DNA from: Nemertoderma westbladi
Taxonomy: Eukaryota; Animalia; Xenacoelomorpha
Length of the DNA: 42,443 nt
Direction: 5' to 3'
NCBI GenBank assembly: GCA_032718475.1
Contig: JAUCBJ010002830.1
Span: 1 to 42,443, forward strand
The number at the start of each line of letters is the position of its first letter. Position 1 is the first letter of the stretch. A program made the translations under genes and the position numbers. Of the stretch, positions 21,290 to 31,800 are shown one piece after another. The notes below the pieces were generated by a model that searched no databases, was not told the DNA's origin, and saw only the letters and a list, made by a program, of their open reading frames with translations.

Positions 21290-22059
21290 CATGTTGTTAT
21301 TTATATTGTTTTATTACCGGGAGTGAAAATTAATAAAATACTGCCGTAGCCTAACTCAAAACCTTTGGGGAAGGAATATCAGTTCGTGTATGTATAGCCC
21401 GTGAACCTACCACTATCAGACTATATATTGATTTGCCAATTTATTTGTTCAATTATTATCGCAGTATTGACAGATTGATATACGGTTGTAAATATCAGCA
21501 TGTAATTTCCCATCCCACATTTCCCATTTAAAATAAATTATAAATTAAAATTATCACCATATTACCAATTCGTCCGAAATGTAGGATATTTATAATAAAT
21601 GGATTTAATTATTGTGAAACATTCATTTTGAGTTTATGCCTCTGCCTCATGCACTATTTTAGTGGGTGAAAGTCAGTATTTGAAATTTACTCTTTAAAAA
21701 TGGTAATTTTTTTTTTAAAATCTCGTTTTTTTTAAATGAAAATGCCTCCAATGCCTCCTTAAACTGTTAAAAACATCTCCATAAATAGGTCCATTGGTGG
21801 GTGACGCCTTTATTATTTGTTTTGTAATTTTAGACATTGTCTTTCTGTCACTCTAAATCTGCCAAACCTAGCAAGAGCAACTGTGCGACTCTTGCGCTAT
21901 TATACACTATTTTCAAACTCGTGCAAAAATTCGAGGGCGAGATTACAATATCAAATTGTGTTCAGTGTTTTCTATCATCTGTTGTCATATTATTGCAGTC
22001 TTTTATACTGACTTTGGGTCATATTTGTTTGGTTTTCATTGAAAGTTGTAGTTTAAATA

Positions 22060-25000
22060 ATGGAACAGAGTGACAATATGGTGAAATCCAATATATCTGG
22101 AACATCAGCGGCCATGCTAGCGGCGTTAAACGCCTTTCTGATGGATGATTCTCAGAATACGACGCTTACAGATTCAACTAGTAACCAATCGGTTGCTGAT
22201 TCAATTGGTAATCAAGTAATCTCTGATACCACCGGTAAGCAAACTGTTGGTACAATTGCTAACGAAACTCTGGGTGATTTATCTACAAACAACCAAAATG
22301 TGGTTGATACATCTGATAACCAACTTGTTGATACAACTGCTACCCAAACTCTGGTTGATACAACTGCTACCCAAACTCTGGTTGATACAACTACTATCCA
22401 AACTCTGGTTGATACAACTGCTACCCAAACTCTGGTTGATACAACTGCTACCCAAACTCTGGTTGATACAACTGCTACCCAAACTCTGGTTGATACAACT
22501 GCTACCCAAACTCTGGTTGATACAACTGCTACCCAAACTCTGGTTGATACAACTGCTACCCAAACTCTGGTTGATACAACTGCTACCCAAACTCTGGTTG
22601 ATACAACTGCTACCCAAACTCTGGTTGATACAACTGCTACCCAAACTCTGGTTGATACAACGGCTATCCAAACTCTGGTTGATACAACGGCTATCCAAAC
22701 TCTGGTTGATACAACTGCTACCCAAACTCTGGTTGATACAACTGCTACCCAAACTCTGGTTGATACAACTGCTACCCAAACTCTGGTTGATACAACTGCT
22801 ACCCAAACTCTGGTTGATACAACTGCTACCCAAACTCTGGTTGATACAACGGCTATCCAAACTCTGGTTGATACAACTGCTACCCAAACTCTGGTTGATA
22901 CAACTGCTACCCAAACTCTGGTTGATACAACTGCTACCCATACTCTGGTTGATACAACGGCTATCCAAACTCTGGTTGATACAACGGCTATCCAAACTCT
23001 GGTTGATACAACTGCTACCCAAACTCTGGTTGATACAACTGCTACCCAAACTCTGGTTGATACAACTGCTATCCAAACTCTGGTTGATACAACTGCTACC
23101 CAAACTCTGGTTGATACAACTGCTACCCAAACTCTGGTTGATACAACTGCTACCCAAACTCTGGTTGATACAACGGCTATCCAAACTCTGGTTGATACAA
23201 CTGCTACCCAAACTCTGGTTGATACAACTGCTACCCAAACTCTGGTTGATACAACTGCTACCCAAACTCTGGTTGATACAAAGGCTATCCAAACTCTGGT
23301 TGATACAACGGCTATCCAAACTCTGGTTGATACAACTGCTACCCAAACTCTGGTTGATACAACTGCTACCCAAACTCTGGTTGATACAACTGCTATCCAA
23401 ACTCTGGTTGATACAACGGCTATCCAAACTCTGGTTGATACAACTGCTACCCAAACTCTGGTTGATACAACTGCTACCCAAACTCTGGTTGATACAACTG
23501 CTACCCAAACTCTGGTTGATACAACTGCTATCCAAACTCTGGTTGATACAACTGCTACCCAAACTCTGGTTGATACAACTGCTACCCAAACTCTGGTTGA
23601 TACAACGGCTATCCAAACTCTGGTTGATACAACTGCTACCCAAACAATGGTTGCTCTAGCTACTGATGTGATAAGCACCAGCAATGAGAAGGAAGTATTT
23701 CCGGCTCCTGAAAATATACTCTATGATGTAATGGATGACACTGAAATTGAAATTACACCGAATGTGCGAGAAACTTATGTCCCCGGTAACAACCATTGCA
23801 GTCCGAAAATCGACTCGCAGAAAACAAAGAAGAACAAACGGAAAAAATTAAACAAAAATAGAAAGATGGTGAATCGTGGACTATTCGGCTTCCTCCAGAC
23901 GGTTCGAAGGGCACCAGAAGCCATGAAAGGAGATCCTGAAGTAGAGGGTCTAATAGATCATACAGGCAACAAACGTACGTCTATCTCAGAGGCTGATACG
24001 GTACTCAAATCCACCATCTACAATCCAACGGATATTCAGACACAAAGTCAGGTTCACGGAGACCCTAGTCTACCCTACTGTATCGAACCAGGGACCTCGT
24101 TGCTATTAGCAACCGATAGAGACCGTTACCCATTGGTTAACTACCTCCGGGGTGTTAAATGGTCACCGGACGGCACCTGTTTGCTAACCTGTTCCGAAGA
24201 TAAAGTAATGCGAATCTACGAACTACCGGAAGCAATTTTGGATGGGTTTGAGTTGGAAACATATCAACGATCTAGTAACGGGTTAACCCACAAACCCGCT
24301 GACAGATCAACCTTCCTTCCTGATGACGGGTTAACCCACCTTCCTGATGATGACAAGGTACCCCATAAACTACAAACACAGTTATCTATTGCCGAAGGCG
24401 AATTAGTTTACGACTTTACGTGGTTCCCAATAATGAGCTCGGAGGAAATAAACACGTGTTTATTCGCCTCCTCGTCCCGTAAGAACCCGGTACATCTGTG
24501 GGACGCTTACACGGGCGAGCTCGCTGCCTCCTACAAAGCGTACAACCACGTGGACGAGCTGATAAGCCCACACAGTCTGTGCTTCAACCCAGACGGGTCG
24601 AGACTTTACGCGGGTTTCAACGCCTCTGTGTCTACATTCGAGACCCGCCGTCCCAGAGCCGTCTGTCAGACCCGTCGACTCTGCAGTAAGCGACTGGGTG
24701 GCCAACCCGGTATCGTCGGCGCCATCGCCTTCAACCCCCGACGACCCGATCTGTTCGCATGCGGCTCCTTCCGCTCCTCAGTCGTTCTCTACTCGGAGAC
24801 CTGCGTTACTCAGGTCACCGAGTTGGGTTGCCACAGCAACGGGGTCACCCAGCTGAGGTTCGGCCCCGACGGGAATATGTTATTCTCAGGGGCCCGGGGA
24901 GGGGACTGTTTAATTAACTGTTGGGACCTGCGTTGGCCTGGCAACGTGTTGGCGCGGTATCGTCGCTTAGTTACCACCAATCAGCGTATTTACTTTGATT

Positions 25001-25308
25001 TGGACCCGAGCGGTCGTTACCTAGTAACCGGGGGTTGCGACCCTGGTTACGCGATCTACGACACCCTGTCAGCGGACCACGCGACACCTTTGTATCGTTC
25101 TTCCCCCACCGGTAACTCTCCCGTTACTTGCGTCTCGTTACATCCGTTGTTACCGATATTAGCTACCGGTTCCGGTAGTCGTGTGCTGCCTGTACCCATG
25201 GCAACCGAGGACTCTGACACTGAACTGATTGAACCTTCATATTGTAATAACAGTGTCGATATGTTATGGGTTTCTGGTACATTACGGCGCCCAAATACAA
25301 ATATGTAG
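22060..25308 (+). CDS. WRAP53: Telomerase Cajal body protein 1 (WRAP53/TCAB1/WDR79) with a long N-terminal repeat, intronless CDS
   Basis: WD40 region NYLRGVKWSPDGTCLLT...EGELVYDFTW...NPVHLWDAYTGEL...YNHVDEL...SLCFNPDG...R-VTTNQRIYFDLDPSG...LHPLLPILATGSGSR. AATAAA at 25349. Confidence 0.93.
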   Translation: MEQSDNMVKSNISGTSAAMLAALNAFLMDDSQNTTLTDSTSNQSVADSIGNQVISDTTGKQTVGTIANETLGDLSTNNQNVVDTSDNQLVDTTATQTLVDTTATQTLVDTTTIQTLVDTTATQTLVDTTATQTLVDTTATQTLVDTTATQTLVDTTATQTLVDTTATQTLVDTTATQTLVDTTATQTLVDTTATQTLVDTTAIQTLVDTTAIQTLVDTTATQTLVDTTATQTLVDTTATQTLVDTTATQTLVDTTATQTLVDTTAIQTLVDTTATQTLVDTTATQTLVDTTATHTLVDTTAIQTLVDTTAIQTLVDTTATQTLVDTTATQTLVDTTAIQTLVDTTATQTLVDTTATQTLVDTTATQTLVDTTAIQTLVDTTATQTLVDTTATQTLVDTTATQTLVDTKAIQTLVDTTAIQTLVDTTATQTLVDTTATQTLVDTTAIQTLVDTTAIQTLVDTTATQTLVDTTATQTLVDTTATQTLVDTTAIQTLVDTTATQTLVDTTATQTLVDTTAIQTLVDTTATQTMVALATDVISTSNEKEVFPAPENILYDVMDDTEIEITPNVRETYVPGNNHCSPKIDSQKTKKNKRKKLNKNRKMVNRGLFGFLQTVRRAPEAMKGDPEVEGLIDHTGNKRTSISEADTVLKSTIYNPTDIQTQSQVHGDPSLPYCIEPGTSLLLATDRDRYPLVNYLRGVKWSPDGTCLLTCSEDKVMRIYELPEAILDGFELETYQRSSNGLTHKPADRSTFLPDDGLTHLPDDDKVPHKLQTQLSIAEGELVYDFTWFPIMSSEEINTCLFASSSRKNPVHLWDAYTGELAASYKAYNHVDELISPHSLCFNPDGSRLYAGFNASVSTFETRRPRAVCQTRRLCSKRLGGQPGIVGAIAFNPRRPDLFACGSFRSSVVLYSETCVTQVTELGCHSNGVTQLRFGPDGNMLFSGARGGDCLINCWDLRWPGNVLARYRRLVTTNQRIYFDLDPSGRYLVTGGCDPGYAIYDTLSADHATPLYRSSPTGNSPVTCVSLHPLLPILATGSGSRVLPVPMATEDSDTELIEPSYCNNSVDMLWVSGTLRRPNTNM
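22321..23646 (+). repeat. 27-bp coding tandem repeat, about 49 copies (QTLVDTTA[T/I])
   Basis: Unit CAAACTCTGGTTGATACAAC(T/G)GCTA(C/T)C. Exactly 48 x 27 bp span 22345-23640, plus partial flanking units; no frame-shifting indels. Confidence 0.97.
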
Positions 25309-25479
25309 CAGTTCGATTGTTTTATAACAATATTTTCTTCTGTATTGAAATAAACATAAATCTATGTTTGGTATTTATCCAGTAAAGTCTAAAGTTATTA
25401 TTATTTTGTGCAATAGATTCGTAAATTATATATTATTATTTTCAACATATGCGATAATGGTTTGTTATTTTATATGTTC

Positions 25480-25600
25480 TTGGTTCATATTGGCCATTCT
25501 TCCAACAGGGAGGTCCTGTGTTCGAGCCCCAGGGCAGTTTTTGCTAAGCTGTTAACTCCAAGTAGCAGATACTGGGTGGGTACGTTAAGCATGTTCTAAT
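25480..25600 (+). mobile_element. Possible tRNA-derived SINE fragment
   Basis: B-box-like GGTCCTGTGTTCGAGCCCC at about 25512-25530; no complete cloverleaf. Confidence 0.25.
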
Positions 25601-25813
25601 GCTGTAAATAAAATCGCGCATGACTTTACTAATTTTTAATTCCTGTATGTTTTACACGTAATTTGAAATTAAATTGAATTACAGGTTTCTTGTAGTCGAA
25701 ATTTAACAGTACCCTGCTGTATATTATGATACCTTGAATTAAGTAGATGTCTCGGTTCATTATTATTACACATTGTCTACTTTTGATGAATAATATAGAT
25801 GGATGCTGCGGTG

Positions 25814-28800
25814 CAGGGGATGCCGGAGGTAGATGGAATGGTTGGACAGGGGATGCCGGAGGTAGATGGAGTGGGTGGACAGGGGATGTCGGAGGTGATG
25901 GAGTGGGTGGACAGGGGATGTCGGAGGTGATGGAGTGGGTGGACAGGGGATGCCGGAGGTAGATGGAGTGGGTGGACAGGGGATGCCGGAGGTAGATGGA
26001 GTGGGTGGACAGGGGATGTCAGAGGTAGATGGAGTTGGTGGACAAGGTGTGTCGGAGGTAGATGGAGTGTGTGGACACTGGACAGGGTGTGTCGGAGGTA
26101 GATGGAGTGGGTGGACAGGGGATGTCGGAGGTAGATGGAGTGGGTGGACAGGGGATGTCGGAGGTAGATGGAGTGGGTGGACACTGGACAGGGTGTGTCG
26201 GAGGTAGATGGAGTGGGTGGACAGGGGATGTCGGAGGTAGATGGAGTGGGTGGACAGGGGGTGCCGGAGGTAGATGGAATGGTTGGACAGGGTGTGTCGG
26301 AGGTAGCTGGTGTAAGGAAACGGACAGGGGATGTCGGAGGTGATGGAGTGGGTGGACAGGGTGTGTCGGAGGTAGATGGAGTGGTTGGGCAGGGGATGTC
26401 AGAGGTAGATGGAGTGGGTGGACAGGGGATGTCGGAGGTAAATGGAGTGGGTGAACAGGGTGTGTCGGAGGTAGCTGGTGTAAGGAAACGGACAGGGGAT
26501 GTCGGGGGTGATGGAGTGGGTGGACAGGGTGTGTCGGAGGTAGATGGAGTGGTTGGACATGGGATGTCGGAGGTAGATGGAGTGGGTGGACATGGGATGC
26601 CGGAGGCAGATGGAGTTGGTGGACAGGGGATGCCGGAGGTAGATGGAGTGGGTGGACAGGGGATATCGGAGGTAGATGGAGTGGGTGGACAGGGGATGTC
26701 GGAGGTAGAGGAGTGGGTGGACAGGGGGTGCCGGAGGTAGATGGAGTGGGTGGACAGGGGGTGTTGGAGGTAGATGGAGTAAGTGGACAGGGGATGTCGG
26801 AGGTAGATGGAGTGGGTGGACAGGGGGAGTGGGTAGACAGGGGGTGCCGGAGGTAGATGGAGTGGATGGACAGGGGATGCCGGAGGTAGATGGAGTGGAT
26901 GGACAGGGGATGCCGGAGGTAGATGGAGTGAGTGGACAGGGGATGTCGGAGGTAGATGGAGTGGGTGGACAGGGGATGTCGGAGGTAGATGGAGTGGGTG
27001 GACAGGGGGTGCCGGAGGTAGATGGAGTGAGTGGACAGGGGATGCCGGAGGTAGATGGAGTGGGTGGACAGGGGATGTCGGAGGTAGATGGAGTGGGTGG
27101 ACAGGGGATGTCGGAGGTAGATGGAGTGGGTGGACCCTGGAGAGGGTGTGTCGGAGGTAGATGGAGTGGGTGGACAGGGGGTGCCGAAGGTAGATGGAAT
27201 GGTTGGACAGGGGATGACGGAGGTAGATGGAGTGGTTGGACAGGCGATGCCGGAGGTAGATGGAGTGGTTGGACAGGCGATGCCGGAGGTAGATGGAGTG
27301 GTTGGACAGGGGGTGCCGAAGGTAGATGGAATGGTTGGACAGGGGGTGTTGGAGGTAGATGGAGTGGTTGGACAGGGGATGCCGGAGGTAGATGGAGTGG
27401 GTGGACAGGGGATGTCGGAGGTAGATGGAGTGGGTGGACAGGGGATGTCGGAGGTAGATGGAGTGGGTGGACCCTGGAGAGGGTGTGTCGGAGGTAGATG
27501 GAGTGGGTGGACAGGGGGTGCCGAAGGTAGATGGAATGGTTGGACAGGGGATGACGGAGGTAGATGGAGTGGTTGGACAGGCGATGCCGGAGGTAGATGG
27601 AGTGGTTGGACAGGGGATGCCGGAGGTAGATGGAGTGGGTGGACATGGGATGCCGGAGGCAGATGGAGTTGGTGGACAGGGGATGCCGGAGGTAGATGGA
27701 GTGGGTGGACAGGGGATATCGGAGGTAGATGGAGTGGGTGGACAGGGGATGTCGGAGGTAGAGGAGTGGGTGGAAAGGGGGTGCCGGAGGCAGATGGAGT
27801 TGGTGGACAGGGGATGCCGGAGGTAGATGGAGTGGTTGGACAGGGGATGACGGAGGTAGATGGAGTGGTTGGACAGGGGATGCCGGAGGTAGATGGAATG
27901 GTTGGACAGGGTGTGTCGGAGGTAGATGGAGTGGGTGGACATGGGATGCCGGAGGCAGATGGAGTTGGTGGACAGGGGATGCCGGAGGTAGATGGAGTGG
28001 ATGGACAGGGGATGTCGGAGGTAGATGGAGTGGTTGGACAGGGGATGCCGGAGGTAGATGGAGTGGGTGGACAGGGGATGACGGAGGTAGATGGAGTGGT
28101 TGGACAGGGGATGCCGGAGGTAGATGGAGTTGGTGGACAGGGGATATCGGAGGTAGATGGAGTGGGTGGACAGGGGATGCCGGAGGTAGATGGAGTGGGT
28201 GGACAGGGGATGATCGGAGGTAGATGGAGTGGGTGGACAGGGGATGCCGGAGGTAGATGGAGTGGGTGGACAGGGGATGCCGGAGGTAGATGGAGTGGGT
28301 GGACAGGGGATGCCGGAGGTAGATGGAGTTGGTGGACAGGGGATATCGGAGGTAGATGGAGTGGGTGGACAGGGGATGCCGGAGGTAGATGGAGTGGGTG
28401 GACAGGGGATGATCGGAGGTAGATGGAGTGGGTGGACAGGGGATGCCGGAGGTAGATGGAGTGGGTGGACAGGGGATGACGGAGGTAGATGGAGTGGTTG
28501 GACAGGGGATGTCGGAGGTAGATGGAGTGGGTGGACAGGGGATGCCGGAGGTAGATGGAGTTGGTGGACAGGGTGTGCCGGAGGTAGATGGAGTGGGTGG
28601 ACAGGGGATGACGGAGGTAGATGGAGTGGTTGGACAGGGGATGCCGGAGGTAGATGGAGTGGGTGGACAGGGGATGCCGGAGGTAGATGGAGTGGGTGGA
28701 CAGGGGATGTCGGAGGTAGATGGAGTGGTTGGACAGGGGATGCCGGAGGTAGATGGAGTGGGTGGACAGGGGATGCCGGAGGCAGATGGAGTTGGTGGAC

Positions 28801-31800
28801 AGGGTGTGCCGGAGGTAGATGGAGTGGGTGGACAGGGGATGACGGAGGTAGATGGAGTGGTTGGACAGGGGATGCCGGAGGTAGATGGAGTGGGTGGACA
28901 GGGGATGTCGGAGGTAGATGGAGTGGGTGGACAGGGGATGTCGGAGGTAGATGGAGTTGGTGGACAGGGGATGCCGGAGGTAGATGGAGTTGGTGGACAG
29001 GGGATGTCGGAGGTAGATGGAGTGGGTGGACAGGGGATGCCGGAGGTAGATGGAGTGGGTGGACAGGGGATGTCGGAGGTAGATGGAGTGGTTGGACAGG
29101 GGATGCCGGAGGTAGATGGAGTGGGTGGACATGGGATGCCGGAGGCAGATGGAGTGGTGGACAGGGGATGCCGGAGGTAGATGGAGTGGGTGGACAGGGG
29201 ATGTCGGAGGTAGATGGAGTGGGTGGACAGGGGATGTCGGAGGTAGATGGAGTGGGTGGACAGAGGGATGTCGGAGGTAGATGGAGTGGGTGGACAGGGG
29301 GTGCCGAAGGTAGATGGAATGGTTGGACAGGGGATGTCGGAGGTAGATGGAGTGGTTGGACAGGCGATGCCGGAGGTAGATGGAGTGGTTGGACAGGCGA
29401 TGCCGGAGGTAGATGGAGTGGTTGGACAGGGGGTGCCGGAGGTAGATGGAGTGGTTGGACAGGGGATGTCGGAGGTAGATGGAGTGGGTGGACAGGGGAT
29501 GCCGGAGGTAGATGGAGTGGGTGGACAGGGGATGTCGGAGGTAGATGGAGTGGGTGGACAGGGGATGTCGGAGGTAGATGGAGTGGGTGGACAGGGGTGT
29601 GTCGGAGGTAGATGGAGTGGGTGGACAGGGGGTGCCGGAGGTAGATGGAGTGGTTGGACAGGGGATGTCGGAGGTAGATGGAGTGGTTGGACAGGCGATG
29701 CCGGAGGTAGATGGAGTGGTTGGACAGGGGATGACGGAGGTAGATGGAGTGGTTGGACAGGCGATGCCGGAGGTAAATGGAGTGGGTGGACAGGGTGTGT
29801 CGGAGGTAGATGGAGTGGTTGGACAGGGGATGCCGGAGGTAGATGGAGTGGGTGGACAGGGGATGTCGGAGGTAAATGGAGTGGGTGGACAGGGTGTGTC
29901 GGAGGTAGATGGAATGGTTGGACAGGGGATGTTGGAGGTAGATGGAGTGGGTGGACAGGGGATGTCGGAGGTAGATGGAGTGGGTGGACAGGGTGTGTCG
30001 GAGGTAGATGGAGTGGTTGGACAGGGGATGTTGGAGGTAGATGGAGTGGGTGGACAGGGGATGCCGGAGGTAGATGGAGTTGGGTGGACAGGGGATGTCG
30101 GAGGTAGATGGAGTGGGTGGACAGGGGATGTCGGAGGTAGATGGAGTGGGTGGACAGGGGATGTCGGAGGTAGATGGAGTGGGTGGACAGGGGTGTGTCG
30201 GAGGTAGATGGAGTGGGTGGACAGGGGGTGCCGAAGGTAGATGGAATGGTTGGACAGGGGATGTCGGAGGTAGATGGAGTGGTTGGACAGGCGATGCCGG
30301 AGGTAGATGGAGTGGTTGGACAGGCGATGCCGGAGGTAGATGGAGTGGTTGGACAGGGGGTGCCGAAGGTAGATGGAGTGGGTGGACAGGGGGTGTCGGA
30401 GGTAGATGGAGTGGTGGACAGGGGATGCCGGAGGTAGATGGAGTGGGTGGACAGGGGATGTCGGAGGTAGATGGAGTGGGTGGACAGGGGATGTCGGAGG
30501 TAGATGGAGTGGGTGGACCCTGGAGAGGGTGTGTCGGAGGTAGATGGAGTGGGTGGACAGGGGGTGCCGAAGGTAGATGGAATGGTTGGACAGGGGATGA
30601 CGGAGGTAGATGGAGTGGTTGGACAGGCGATGCCGGAGGTAGATGGAGTGGTTGGACAGGGGATGCCGGAGGTAGATGGAGTGGGTGGACATGGGATGCC
30701 GGAGGCAGATGGAGTTGGTGGACAGGGGATGCCGGAGGTAGATGGAGTGGGTGGACAGGGGGAGTGGGTAGACAGGGGGTGCCGGAGGTAGATGGAGTGG
30801 ATGGACAGGGGATGCCGGAGGTAGATGGAGTGGATGGACAGGGGATGCCGGAGGTAGATGGAGTGAGTGGACAGGGGATGTCGGAGGTAGATGGAGTGGG
30901 TGGACAGGGGATGTCGAAGGTAGATGGAGTGGGTGGACAGGGGGTGCCGGAGGTAGATGGAGTGAGTGGACAGGGGATGCCGGAGGTAGATGGAGTGGGT
31001 GGACAGGGGATGTCGGAGGTAGATGGAGTGGGTGGACAGGGGATGTCGGAGGTAGATGGAGTGGGTGGACCCTGGAGAGGGTGTGTCGGAGGTAGATGGA
31101 GTGGGTGGACAGGGGGTGCCGAAGGTAGATGGAATGGTTGGACAGGGGATGACGGAGGTAGATGGAGTGGTTGGACAGGCGATGCCGGAGGTAGATGGAG
31201 TGGTTGGACAGGCGATGCCGGAGGTAGATGGAGTGGTTGGACAGGGGGTGCCGAAGGTAGATGGAATGGTTGGACAGGGGGTGTTGGAGGTAGATGGAGT
31301 GGTTGGACAGGGGATGCCGGAGGTAGATGGAGTGGGTGGACAGGGGATGTCGGAGGTAGATGGAGTGGGTGGACAGGGGATGTCGGAGGTAGATGGAGTG
31401 GGTGGACCCTGGAGAGGGTGTGTCGGAGGTAGATGGAGTGGGTGGACAGGGGGTGCCGAAGGTAGATGGAATGGTTGGACAGGGGATGACGGAGGTAGAT
31501 GGAGTGGTTGGACAGGCGATGCCGGAGGTAGATGGAGTGGTTGGACAGGGGATGCCGGAGGTAGATGGAGTGGGTGGACATGGGATGCCGGAGGCAGATG
31601 GAGTTGGTGGACAGGGGATGCCGGAGGTAGATGGAGTGGGTGGACAGGGGATATCGGAGGTAGATGGAGTGGGTGGACAGGGGATGTCGGAGGTAGAGGA
31701 GTGGGTGGAAAGGGGGTGCCGGAGGCAGATGGAGTTGGTGGACAGGGGATGCCGGAGGTAGATGGAGTGGTTGGACAGGGGATGACGGAGGTAGATGGAG

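Noticed and set aside
21817-22073. Short ORFs upstream of WRAP53
   Set aside because: Non-ATG starts and no recognisable protein features; more likely 5' UTR.
22212-23684. Alternative-frame and antisense ORFs over the 27-bp repeat
   Set aside because: By-products of a stop-free 27-bp unit; only the WRAP53 frame connects to a real domain.
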